Shown: positions 47,093 to 56,761 of the stretch, piece after piece
Layout of the letters: each line of letters starts with the position of its first letter
How positions within the stretch are numbered: the first letter of the stretch is position 1
Source of the DNA: Candidatus Staskawiczbacteria bacterium
GTDB taxonomy: Bacteria; Patescibacteriota; Minisyncoccia; Minisyncoccales; Staskawiczbacteraceae
Assembly: GCA_026395215.1 (NCBI GenBank)
Contig: JAPLZC010000010.1
Location: 140,150 to 204,149, forward strand
Direction: 5' to 3'
DNA length: 64,000 nucleotides
Notes under the pieces: generated by a model
The model's database searches: none
Told to the model about the DNA's origin: nothing
What the model saw: the letters and a program-made list of their open reading frames with translations, nothing else
Translations under genes and position numbers: made by a program

Positions 47093-47813
47093 CTAAAAAT
47101 TTAGACAATTTTTCAACATCCTCCGGTTTACCAAAATCCATCCAAAAATCTTTTATTTTATTTATTTTGACTTTCTTTTCTTGGGCTAAAAGTGAAACTG
47201 CATCTGTAACTTCATATTCTCCGCGAGGCGATTTTTCTATTTCCATAACCTTCTCAAAAATTTCAGGAGTAAATTTATATAAACTCGTGTTAATTAAGTC
47301 ACCCACAAATTCTTTTGCCTGCCCGCCGAGCAGGCGGGGCTTCTCAACTATTTTATCTAAAAAATCTCCATCAGCCAGAAGCACTCCAAAATTTTCTGGA
47401 TGATCATTTTTAAATCCGGCAACGTAATTAAAATTATCATCTACATTCATCGCCTCCAAATCTTCTACAGAATAAAAATTATCTCCGCATATATACAAAA
47501 ACGGCTCACCAATATCCTTAACACACATTAAGGGACAGGCGGTGCCATATATTTTTTCCTTCGGACCTAAAATTTCAAATTGGTTGATAACTCTTGCTTT
47601 ATATCCGGCGTCTTTCAAAAACTTCTCCATTAGTTTACTCTCATACCCAACAACTAAAATAAAATCGTCATAGCCGGCTTTTTGTAAATTATCTAAAACA
47701 TACGATAAAAAAGGTTTTCCATTAACCTTTATCAGATGTTTTGATTTATCTTTTGTCAGTTGCAGCATTCGAGTCCCCTGACCCGCAGCAGCTATGACAA
47801 CTTTTTTAATCAT
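47070..47813 (-). CDS. Sugar-phosphate nucleotidyltransferase
   Basis: AAGQGTRM, VEKP, RGEYEVTD, WMDFG. Confidence 0.9.
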   Translation of the reverse strand: MIKKVVIAAAGQGTRMLQLTKDKSKHLIKVNGKPFLSYVLDNLQKAGYDDFILVVGYESKLMEKFLKDAGYKARVINQFEILGPKEKIYGTACPLMCVKDIGEPFLYICGDNFYSVEDLEAMNVDDNFNYVAGFKNDHPENFGVLLADGDFLDKIVEKPRLLGGQAKEFVGDLINTSLYKFTPEIFEKVMEIEKSPRGEYEVTDAVSLLAQEKKVKINKIKDFWMDFGKPEDVEKLSKFLDENNSKR

Positions 47814-48372
47814 GGCCCAATTTAAAAGCGTTAATATTTAAATCCAAATATTTTTCAGGAATAACATTTTTAATCGCCCGCAGAACAGACTCCTTTTTAA
47901 ACGGAATTAATCCCTTACCAACAGCATATCCCAAAAGGTACAGTGTACATACAACATCGTTTTGTAGTTTGTCTTTGCACTCTTGCGAAGCCGGAACTAA
48001 ATACAATTCACTTTTAACCTTGTTTAAATCTTTTACAATTTCCTCTTTTGCGGGTGACCCAATAAATGGTAATAAATATTCATTAACTAATAACCTTGTT
48101 TTACCACCTGCCTTTGCCGATTCCCGTAACCCTTCAAGCAATTCTAAAGCAATAATTAGATCTGCTTGGCCATTTTGAACCATTGGAGAATAAACTTTCC
48201 TTCCAAATCTAATATGTGCTTCAACGCTTCCTCCTCTTTGTGAAAGCCCGTGAAGTTCCGAAGACCTCACGTCATATCCTTCAACAAAAGCAGTCTCATC
48301 TATCACCTGTAACAAAGTTATAATTCCCTGTCCGCCAACCCCTGTTAAAATTAAATTGAATGTTTTTTCCAT
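47806..48372 (-). CDS. iorB: Indolepyruvate:ferredoxin oxidoreductase beta subunit
   Basis: GVGGQG, SELHGLSQRGGSV. Confidence 0.9.
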   Translation of the reverse strand: MEKTFNLILTGVGGQGIITLLQVIDETAFVEGYDVRSSELHGLSQRGGSVEAHIRFGRKVYSPMVQNGQADLIIALELLEGLRESAKAGGKTRLLVNEYLLPFIGSPAKEEIVKDLNKVKSELYLVPASQECKDKLQNDVVCTLYLLGYAVGKGLIPFKKESVLRAIKNVIPEKYLDLNINAFKLGHD

Positions 48373-48373
48373 A

Positions 48374-50041
48374 TTATTTTGCTTGCCTCTTAGCTAAAAG
48401 AGCGCAAATTCTTTTACAAATAATTACTGATATCTCACCTTTTTCTAAAAATTCTTTGACCGTACTTTCTAATTCCTGCACATTTATTGGATCTAAAACT
48501 TTTATATTTTTAACTCCACAGGCTTTAGTTATTTCTTCTATGCTTAGTTCTTGCGTATCCTCACCCATTAAAGTTTTGCCCATCCCAGGATTTGGCTGGT
48601 GACCCGTCATGGCTGTTATTCTATTATCTAAAATAACCACTAAAGGATTAGATTTATTGTAGACCGCATTAATAAGCCCTGCAATTCCTGAGTGAAAAAA
48701 TGTTCCGTCTCCCATTATAGAAATTACTTTTTGCCTGCCCGCCGAAGCTTCAACGAAGGCGGGGTTGACCGCTTTCGAAACTCCATGAGAAATTCCAATT
48801 CCAGCTCCCATTGCAAACATATAATCAGATAAACTATGCGGAGGAAGATTGGCTATCATATTGCACCCAATATCTCCTCCAAATATTGCGTCGGGCGCTA
48901 CTCTTCTTAAAACAGGAAAAACATACCAATATGGACAACCTTCGCACAGCCTGGCTGTTCTCTTTGGTAAGTCTATCTTTTTTGTCTTAAAAGCAACAAA
49001 TTTCTTGCCAGTGACTTTTGCCAAGGCGACTGTAATTTTTTCTGTGTTTAGCTCGCCAATTTCTGATAATACACTTTTCCCAAAAATTTCTAGTTTACAA
49101 TTTGCGCCTTTTGCTAAAACGGTAATCTCTTTTTCCAAATAGCCATCTAGCTCTTCAACAATTAAAACTTTTTCAAGATTCTTTATAAAATTCTTAATTT
49201 TCTTTTCTGGCAAAGGATAGAAAAATCCGAGTTTTAAAACTGGCAAGTCCCTGCCTTCCGGCAGGCAGGTAGACCCTAAAAATTCCAACGCTTCCTTCAC
49301 ATGTAAATAAGAAATCCCTGAAGTAATAATGCCAATCTTGCTCTTTCCTCCGGTGATTTGATTTGTTTCTGATACTTCTGCAATTTGTTTTATTTTTTTA
49401 ATTTTATCCAAAAGCTCTTTCTTCATTTCCAGGGTCCTTGGTGGCATTGTAGAAAACTGGTGCGGATTCTTCACAAAATTTCCAACTTTAGGTTGGCTAT
49501 CTCTTTTCACTTCACTAAAAATAACTGGCGCTTTTTGGTGATTTACCCTTGTGGTTGTGTGCAATATCACGGGCGTATTAAATTCTTCAGAAATCTTGTA
49601 AGCTAATTTAGTAAAATCATAACACTCTTGTGGATCAGACGGTTCTAACATTGGTATGTGCCCAAAACCAGCATAAACTCTTGAGTTTTGCTCTGTTTGG
49701 GCCGAGCTCCAGCAAGAAGGGTCGTCAGCCACTACAATAACCATTGCACCCTTAGTTCCAGTGTAGGCTAAAGGCAATAAAGAGTCAGAACAAACGTTTA
49801 TTCCAAAGCTCTTCATATTAACCAAAGACTTTAACCCAGAAAAACTGGCCCCAATTGCAGCCTCCAAAGCAGTTTTTTCGTTAGTTGACCATTCAGCATA
49901 AACTCCGTTTTCCTTGGCAATCTTACCAAAATTGTCCCCAATTTCAGCCGAAGGACATCCAGGATATCCCGAAACAAAAGATACGCCCGAAGCCAAAGCC
50001 CCCTGAATTATTGCATCATTCCCTAATAATATTTTTTTCAT
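48374..50041 (-). CDS. iorA: Indolepyruvate:ferredoxin oxidoreductase alpha subunit (no C-terminal ferredoxin)
   Basis: GYPGCPS, WSTNEK, LCEGCP, GDIGC, GDGTFFHSG, TAMTGHQP. Confidence 0.9.
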   Translation of the reverse strand: MKKILLGNDAIIQGALASGVSFVSGYPGCPSAEIGDNFGKIAKENGVYAEWSTNEKTALEAAIGASFSGLKSLVNMKSFGINVCSDSLLPLAYTGTKGAMVIVVADDPSCWSSAQTEQNSRVYAGFGHIPMLEPSDPQECYDFTKLAYKISEEFNTPVILHTTTRVNHQKAPVIFSEVKRDSQPKVGNFVKNPHQFSTMPPRTLEMKKELLDKIKKIKQIAEVSETNQITGGKSKIGIITSGISYLHVKEALEFLGSTCLPEGRDLPVLKLGFFYPLPEKKIKNFIKNLEKVLIVEELDGYLEKEITVLAKGANCKLEIFGKSVLSEIGELNTEKITVALAKVTGKKFVAFKTKKIDLPKRTARLCEGCPYWYVFPVLRRVAPDAIFGGDIGCNMIANLPPHSLSDYMFAMGAGIGISHGVSKAVNPAFVEASAGRQKVISIMGDGTFFHSGIAGLINAVYNKSNPLVVILDNRITAMTGHQPNPGMGKTLMGEDTQELSIEEITKACGVKNIKVLDPINVQELESTVKEFLEKGEISVIICKRICALLAKRQAK

Positions 50042-52515
50042 ATAACAACATTAATTAATTTATTTGGGACGAAAACTATTTTTTTTACCTCGCTTTTGCC
50101 GATTAGCGCTTGTATTTTTTCTGATTTTAAAACCAATTTTTCTGCCTCTTTTTGCGTGAGGCCGGATTTGGCGATTATTTTATCACGCACCTTACCGTTT
50201 ATTTGAACAATTAAAAGTATATTTTCTTCTTCAATTAATTTTTCATCATATTTTGGCCACTTCTGTTCACAGCACAACTCTTTTTGCCCAGAGTTAGACC
50301 AAAGCTCTTCAGCTAAATGCGGAGCAAAAGGCGACAAAATCTTCAAAAAGTCTGATAAATCCTTTTTATCCAACCCTTCACTGGAAGCTTGATATGCATT
50401 TACAAACTCCATCATAGAACTTACTGCTGTATTAAATTTCATCAACTCAATATCCTCGCCAACTTTTTTGATTGTCTTATGAAGTAGTTTTCTTAATTCT
50501 ACCCCGTCATTCGACGGGGTACCCGGTCGTATGACCGGGTAAATTTTTTGAGAAAGATTCCAAATCTTTTCAAGGAATCTTCTCGAACCTACAACTCCTT
50601 TTGTGTCCCAAGGAATCATTTGTTCAAATGGCCCCATAAACATTTCGTAAAGCCTTAAAGTGTCAGCTCCGTATTGTTTTACAATTACATCTGGGTTTAT
50701 TACATTACCCTTAGATTTTGACATCTTAATACCACCCTCTCCCAAAACCATTCCGTGCGAGGTTCTCTTTTTGTAAGGCTCAGATCCAATAGAGGTTGGG
50801 AAAGCTTTAATATCCCACAAAAATTTAAAAATAAATCTTGAATACAAGAGGTGCAGAGTTGTGTGCTCCATTCCGCCATTATACCAATCAACCGGCATCC
50901 AATATCTTGCCAAAGATTCGTCAACCAATTTTTTACTGTTTTTTGGATCTATATACCTTAAATAATACCAATTGGATCCTGCCCAGTTAGGCATTGTGTC
51001 TGTTTCTCTTTTTGCATCTTCACCGCATTTTGGACATTTGGTTTCCACCCATTTATTAATTAAAGAAAGTGGCGATTCTCCAGTATCAGTAGGCTGATAT
51101 TTTTTAACATTAGGTAATTTAACCGGTAAATCTTTTTCGCCAACCGGCTGCCACCCAGCTTGTGCTGAGCCACCAGTTGAAGCACATTTTTTACAAAAAA
51201 CCATAGGAATTGGCTCTCCCCAATAATGCTGGCGTGAAAAAACCCAATCTCTTAGTTTGTAGCTAACTTTCGGTTGAGCCAAACCCTTAGAAGACAACCA
51301 TGTTATTATCATTGGCCTTGCTTCTGCAGATTTTAAACCATCAAATTGCGCTGAATTGTATAAAGTGCCGTCGCCTTCAAAACATTCTTCTAGATTTTTA
51401 ACCTTTTGCCATAGCAATTCGTCATCTGGTTTTATTGATGTTCTTAGGGCTATACCATATTTCTTAGCCATTTTAAAATCCCTCTTGTCGTGCGCATCAG
51501 CAAAAACAGCGCCCGAACCATATTGTTCTAGCACAAAATCAGCCACCCAAACTGGCATCTCTTCATTTGTAGCTGGGTTTCTAACCAATATTCCTTTTAG
51601 CTGTACACCCGTAACGTCTTTATCCTGGTTTGTTCTATCCATGTCAGAAACATTTTTGGCGTCTTCTCTGTATTTTAAAACCTCTTCAATATTTTCTATC
51701 TTGCCCTTATGTTTTTCTATAAAATTATGCCCGGGAGCCAGTATAAGAAAAGTACCGGAAAATATTGTGTCTACCCTTGTTGTGAAAACTTCTATAAACT
51801 CTTCAACTCCTTCAACCGGAAATTTAACAATTGCTCCGTGACTTTCCCCAATCCAGTCTTTTTGTTGTGTTTTAATTTTCTCTAAATAATCCACGGAGTC
51901 CAAATCTCTAATCAGTCTGTCGGCATAATTGGTAATTTTTATCATCCATTGATCCTTTTCTCTTTTCTCAACCTTTGCTCCACACCTTTCACAATTCCCA
52001 GCAACAACTTCTTCGTTAGCCAGCCCAATTTTGCATGAAGGACACCAATTTATATTTATCTTTGCCTTGTACGCCAACCCATTTTTAAACAACTGTATAA
52101 AAATCCACTGTGTCCATTTATAATATTTTGGATCTGTTGTATCAATTTCGCGTGACCAATCAAAAGACCAACCCAAACTTTTCATTTGCGTTCTAAATGT
52201 CTCTGTGTTCTTTTTTGTAATTACCGAAGGGTGCACTCCCTTTTTGATTGCATAGTTTTCAGTTGGCAAACCAAAAGCGTCCCAGCCCATTGGGTACAAA
52301 ACGTTATATCCCTGCATTCGCCTTTTACGGGCAATAATGTCTAAAGCCGTATAGCTTCTGCAGTGTCCTACGTGAAGCCCGTCTCCCGAAGGGTATGGAA
52401 ACTCCACCATAACATAAAATTTCTTCTTTTTAGACCCATTTTTAGCCTTAAAAACCCCAGTCTCATACCAGACATCTTGCCACTTAGGTTCAATTTTCTT
52501 AGGATTGTATTTCAT
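50038..52515 (-). CDS. leuS: Leucine--tRNA ligase
   Basis: FPYPSG.LHVGH, GWDAFGLP, RQHYWGEP, KMSKS. Confidence 0.97.
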   Translation of the reverse strand: MKYNPKKIEPKWQDVWYETGVFKAKNGSKKKKFYVMVEFPYPSGDGLHVGHCRSYTALDIIARKRRMQGYNVLYPMGWDAFGLPTENYAIKKGVHPSVITKKNTETFRTQMKSLGWSFDWSREIDTTDPKYYKWTQWIFIQLFKNGLAYKAKININWCPSCKIGLANEEVVAGNCERCGAKVEKREKDQWMIKITNYADRLIRDLDSVDYLEKIKTQQKDWIGESHGAIVKFPVEGVEEFIEVFTTRVDTIFSGTFLILAPGHNFIEKHKGKIENIEEVLKYREDAKNVSDMDRTNQDKDVTGVQLKGILVRNPATNEEMPVWVADFVLEQYGSGAVFADAHDKRDFKMAKKYGIALRTSIKPDDELLWQKVKNLEECFEGDGTLYNSAQFDGLKSAEARPMIITWLSSKGLAQPKVSYKLRDWVFSRQHYWGEPIPMVFCKKCASTGGSAQAGWQPVGEKDLPVKLPNVKKYQPTDTGESPLSLINKWVETKCPKCGEDAKRETDTMPNWAGSNWYYLRYIDPKNSKKLVDESLARYWMPVDWYNGGMEHTTLHLLYSRFIFKFLWDIKAFPTSIGSEPYKKRTSHGMVLGEGGIKMSKSKGNVINPDVIVKQYGADTLRLYEMFMGPFEQMIPWDTKGVVGSRRFLEKIWNLSQKIYPVIRPGTPSNDGVELRKLLHKTIKKVGEDIELMKFNTAVSSMMEFVNAYQASSEGLDKKDLSDFLKILSPFAPHLAEELWSNSGQKELCCEQKWPKYDEKLIEEENILLIVQINGKVRDKIIAKSGLTQKEAEKLVLKSEKIQALIGKSEVKKIVFVPNKLINVVI

Positions 52516-52663
52516 AAAATATTACCTTCATAATAGCAAAATTTGCCATTTGGGTAAATCTTGACATAGGTCATATAATATGCCAGTGTATAGTCAAGGC
52601 ATATTTCATAAACAATCCCAAAAGGGACGGCGATGGCAGCCGAAATTCTGAAAGGAGAAAGCC

Positions 52664-52864
52664 ATGGATAGGAAGGTCAAAATCGTAATCACGTGTTTGG
52701 TCGTCGGTGTGGTGGCTGGCTTGAGCGCCCACCTGTTCTTCAAACATACAACCAGCGCGATCATCGGTGTAGCCGCGGGCGCATGGATCGTACTCGTGGC
52801 CAACGACTGGTGCCTAGGAGTCTGGGCGCTCCGCCGGCTCGGAGTACTCCCGCCCAAGAAATAG
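52664..52864 (+). CDS. Small two-TM membrane protein
   Basis: AAAGGAG SD, TTGACA-type promoter at about 52561, two TM helices, GC-rich. Confidence 0.6.
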   Translation: MDRKVKIVITCLVVGVVAGLSAHLFFKHTTSAIIGVAAGAWIVLVANDWCLGVWALRRLGVLPPKK

Positions 52865-52925
52865 CGAGCATTGCTCGCCAAGGTACGAACCCATTCTCAC
52901 CCGAGAATCCTTAAGGGTTCTTTTT

Positions 52926-53780
52926 TTATATTTTGAATAGATTTTTGGCGTTTTGGGTGGTTGCAGAGGCAACTTCGTCGAAGGTTATACCTTTTAACTC
53001 GGCTATTCTTTCGGCGACGTATTTTACAAAAATTGGTTCATTCCTGCCGCCTTCGCCCTCTGGGCTTCGGCGAGCCAAGGGTGGAGTAAGATAAGGGCAA
53101 TCAGTTTCAATCAAAATTTTATCTAGCGGGGTTTTTTTTATAACCTCGTCTAAATCTAATTTAAAAATTATTCCATTAATTCCCAAATAAAATCCCAACG
53201 CTATAAACTTTTCTGCTTCTTCTAAGGTACCGGTAAAGCAATGGATTACTCCCCTATTTTTTCTATTTTTCAGTATTTCATACAAATCATCAAAAGCCAT
53301 TCGGCAATGTACAATTACTGGTAAATCTAGCTCGCTGGCCAAATCTAGTTGTTCAATAAAAACTTTCTTCTGTAATTCTTTAAATTGCTCTAATCTTGCA
53401 GTTGTTTTTGGTTTGTAATAATAATCCAACCCAATCTCCCCAATAGCCACTATTTTATTTTTCCCCGATTCGCTTCTATCTGCTAAAACTAAATTTTTAT
53501 ATTTTTCCCGGTCATATTCTTCCCCCAGCGGGGCAAAGGCGCCTTCTTCCTCGTCCATCCTTAGTTTCATTAAATCTGTCTTTATATGAATTGGATGCAT
53601 TCCAATTGCCGCGTAAATATTGTCATTCTTCTCTGCCAACTCAACCGCGTTTTTGGAAGTCTCATATTTTGTCCCCACATCAATACAAACAACGCCCTCA
53701 TCCCGAGTGCGTTTTATCACCTCCTCCCTATCTTTATCGTACGCCTTAAAGCTTATGTGAGAATGAGTGTCTATCAACAT
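52926..53780 (-). CDS. tatD: TatD-family DNase
   Basis: DTHSH, GEIGLDY, HCR, HCF, ETDCPY. Confidence 0.95.
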   Translation of the reverse strand: MLIDTHSHISFKAYDKDREEVIKRTRDEGVVCIDVGTKYETSKNAVELAEKNDNIYAAIGMHPIHIKTDLMKLRMDEEEGAFAPLGEEYDREKYKNLVLADRSESGKNKIVAIGEIGLDYYYKPKTTARLEQFKELQKKVFIEQLDLASELDLPVIVHCRMAFDDLYEILKNRKNRGVIHCFTGTLEEAEKFIALGFYLGINGIIFKLDLDEVIKKTPLDKILIETDCPYLTPPLARRSPEGEGGRNEPIFVKYVAERIAELKGITFDEVASATTQNAKNLFKI

Positions 53781-55223
53781 TTATTTTACTTTATCAATTC
53801 TAGGGAATAAATTTTCGGATTTCTTAGATTCAACAGCTTTTATAATTTTTGCAGAAGTTTCTGGTAAAAATGGGTCTAGGAGAATGCCGATTTCTTTTAT
53901 GGCGAAGAATAGGTCGTTTATAACTTGAGGATTTCGTGTCTCCCACAATTTTTCTTCATTTATATATTTGTCGCAGAAAGCAATTATCTCCCACACCGAA
54001 GCTAAGGCTTCGTTGAATTTGAAATTTGAAATTTGAAATTTGAAATTTTTCTGAACTTCTTTAATTTTCTTTTTTAATTCTTTATTTCGGATTTCTAATT
54101 TCGTGCTTCGAGTTTCAGATTTGGCGATCCCCAAAGTACGAGCAACCAAGTTACCTATTCCGCCCGCCAAATCTGCGTTGTATCTTTGCTCAAATTTTTC
54201 ATAGGTAAAATCTCCATCTTCTGTTGGTGAAAACTCACGAAGCAAATAATAACGCACTGCGTCTGTACTATATTTTTTAACTAACTCAAATGGATTAATT
54301 ACATTTCCCAAAGACTTAGACATTTTCTGACCATTGGCTGTTACAAAACCGTGTATAAAAATCTGCTTAGATGTTGGCAGCCCAGCTGACAAAAGCATTG
54401 CCTGCCACATTGAGCTTTGTTGACGCAAATTGTCTTTACCGGCAATCTGAAGCCCTGGCCAAAAATCTTTGAACTTCTTCTTATCTTCGGGCCAACCCAA
54501 AGCTGAAACATAATTTACAAGCGCATCAAACCAAACATACATTACTTGTTTGCTATCCCCCGGAACCTCTATCCCCCACGGCATTTTTTCTTTTATTCTA
54601 GAAATACTAAAATCTTCCAAGCCTCGCTCTGTAAACATTGCAATCTCATTTAGCTTTGAGTTTGGTACAACAAATTCAGGATTCTTCTTATATAACTTTA
54701 AAAGATCTTTTTGGTATTTTGAATATCTAAAAAAATAATTCTCTTCATCTATAATTTCCACTTCCAAGTTTGGATGTATCGGACATCTTCCATTTACCAG
54801 TTCTGAATCTGTTTTTTCTAATTCACACCCAACACAATACTTTGATTTATAAATTTTTTTATAAATATCGCCATTTTTTTCGCAGAGCTTCCAAAAGGTC
54901 TGGGCTGCTTCTATGTGGTGCAAATCTGTTGTTCTTACAAAATTATTATAGCTTAAATTAAGCGCCTGCTTTAAATTATCAAACTTTTTCGCATAAATAT
55001 TGCAATATTCCTGAGGGGTCAATTTATTTTCTTCTGCCTTCTGAAAAATTTTTAACCCATGCTCGTCAACGCCGGTATTAAAAAATACTTCTTCTCCTAA
55101 AGATTTATGGTAACGGGCAATAACATCTGCTTGTATAATTTCTAAAGCAAAACCAATGTGCGGGTCGGCGTTTACGTATGGCAATGTGGTAGTTATGTAA
55201 AATTTATTCTTTTTCTTAAACAT
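53781..55223 (-). CDS. metG: Methionine--tRNA ligase
   Basis: YVNADPHIG, YVWFDAL, KMSKS. Confidence 0.96.
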   Translation of the reverse strand: MFKKKNKFYITTTLPYVNADPHIGFALEIIQADVIARYHKSLGEEVFFNTGVDEHGLKIFQKAEENKLTPQEYCNIYAKKFDNLKQALNLSYNNFVRTTDLHHIEAAQTFWKLCEKNGDIYKKIYKSKYCVGCELEKTDSELVNGRCPIHPNLEVEIIDEENYFFRYSKYQKDLLKLYKKNPEFVVPNSKLNEIAMFTERGLEDFSISRIKEKMPWGIEVPGDSKQVMYVWFDALVNYVSALGWPEDKKKFKDFWPGLQIAGKDNLRQQSSMWQAMLLSAGLPTSKQIFIHGFVTANGQKMSKSLGNVINPFELVKKYSTDAVRYYLLREFSPTEDGDFTYEKFEQRYNADLAGGIGNLVARTLGIAKSETRSTKLEIRNKELKKKIKEVQKNFKFQISNFKFNEALASVWEIIAFCDKYINEEKLWETRNPQVINDLFFAIKEIGILLDPFLPETSAKIIKAVESKKSENLFPRIDKVK

Positions 55224-55261
55224 AGTATAATTATTAATTACTTGATTTTAACACTTTTTTT

Positions 55262-55741
55262 ATGATTTTACTCGTACATATACTATTTGGGGTTGCAGTA
55301 GGCTCTTTAGTGAATAACATCCCACTAGCTATTGTTTTTGCTTTCCTAAGCCATTACTTTTTGGATTTATTCCCACATATTGAATATAATATCGAAATTA
55401 GGAACAAAAAACAATGGCCCTCCTCCGCTAAAGCTATGGCGGGCAGGCAAGGAAAGTTATGGAGTATTACAAAAATAGCTATAGACTTTTTAACAGGCGT
55501 CTTATTTATTTTTTTATTCTCAAAAAACCAACCTATAAATTATATTTGCGCTTTTTTTGCAATATTACCCGATGGCATTACTGTTTTAACTAATCATTTC
55601 CCAAGCAAATTTTTAAAACCACATAACAAGTTTCACCAAGAAAAAATACACTTTCTAAAATATAAAAAAATCTCCAACTTCTGGAGAATTTTAAGCCAAG
55701 TACTAGCAGTTGTTATTTCTATTTTACTCCTGAAGTTCTAA
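55262..55741 (+). CDS. Membrane protein (metal-dependent hydrolase-like H..SH..D..PH motif)
   Basis: VHILFG, LSHYFLDLFPH, ILPD. Confidence 0.65.
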   Translation: MILLVHILFGVAVGSLVNNIPLAIVFAFLSHYFLDLFPHIEYNIEIRNKKQWPSSAKAMAGRQGKLWSITKIAIDFLTGVLFIFLFSKNQPINYICAFFAILPDGITVLTNHFPSKFLKPHNKFHQEKIHFLKYKKISNFWRILSQVLAVVISILLLKF

Positions 55742-56761
55742 ACTCTCTTCTCGCCTCTTCTCTAAGAATTCTTTCAAAAACTCATAAATAATACCAAAAA
55801 CCGGGACTGCAAAAATTGTCCCCAAAAACCCAAATAATTTAGCTCCAACAAGTAATGCAATCAAAACCAAAACTGGCGGGACATCTGCCAGTTTTTTCAT
55901 TAACAGAGGCGTCAAAAGCTTATTATCAATTTCTTGTACCAAAAATACGGCCAGTAAAACATATAAAATTGTCACCCATGCCCCAGAAGAAACGGCAATA
56001 AAAACAACTAACAAAACTGTTGTTATTAATGGCCCTATATAAGGGACAAAATTTAAAACCCCGGAAATTAGGGCCAAAAGGAAGGCGTACTTTATCCCAA
56101 ATACATAAAAAACAATATAAGAAGCAACTCCCACAAAAAGGCAAGAAAGAATTCTTGCTCCAAACCAACCAGAAATTTTATTTTGAGCTCTCCCAAAAAG
56201 AGTGACAATATTTTCCTCATATTTTTTAGGAAAAACGAGCTTTAAAAATCTCTCGAAAGCATTGTCCTCCAAAGAAAGAAAAATAGCAGTTGTCAAAATA
56301 AATGCTGTGCTGGCAAGTCCCCCAAAAAATGTGGCAACAGCATTCATAACTCCCTTTGAACTCTGAGCAAGACCTGCAAGCAAAAGCTGGGTTAAATTTG
56401 CGAATGTCTGGGTTGTATCAATTCCTATTTGTTGTAAAAAAGGACTTAGCGTATACGAGTATTCTGGTAAATGGCGCGACAATTGTCTCAGCTCTTCGAT
56501 AAAAAGCGGAGCAGTTAAATAAATTAAAATTCCTAAAATTCCAAATATAGAAAAATAAACAAAAATTACAGCCAAAGCTTTAGGCACCCAAAATTTTCTC
56601 AAAAAGTTTATCGCCGGAGTAAGCAAAACAGATATAGCTAAAGCAAAGAAAAACCAAAGAGCTATGTCTCTTGTCAAATAAATAAGATAAAAAACAAAAA
56701 TCGCTATAAATATCTTAGCTATTGTTTCCCAAGAAATATCTAAAACCTGATTTTTTTCCAT
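55724..56761 (-). CDS. AI-2E family transporter
   Basis: NFVPYIGP, GFLGTIFAVP, multi-TM. Confidence 0.9.
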   Translation of the reverse strand: MEKNQVLDISWETIAKIFIAIFVFYLIYLTRDIALWFFFALAISVLLTPAINFLRKFWVPKALAVIFVYFSIFGILGILIYLTAPLFIEELRQLSRHLPEYSYTLSPFLQQIGIDTTQTFANLTQLLLAGLAQSSKGVMNAVATFFGGLASTAFILTTAIFLSLEDNAFERFLKLVFPKKYEENIVTLFGRAQNKISGWFGARILSCLFVGVASYIVFYVFGIKYAFLLALISGVLNFVPYIGPLITTVLLVVFIAVSSGAWVTILYVLLAVFLVQEIDNKLLTPLLMKKLADVPPVLVLIALLVGAKLFGFLGTIFAVPVFGIIYEFLKEFLEKRREESLELQE

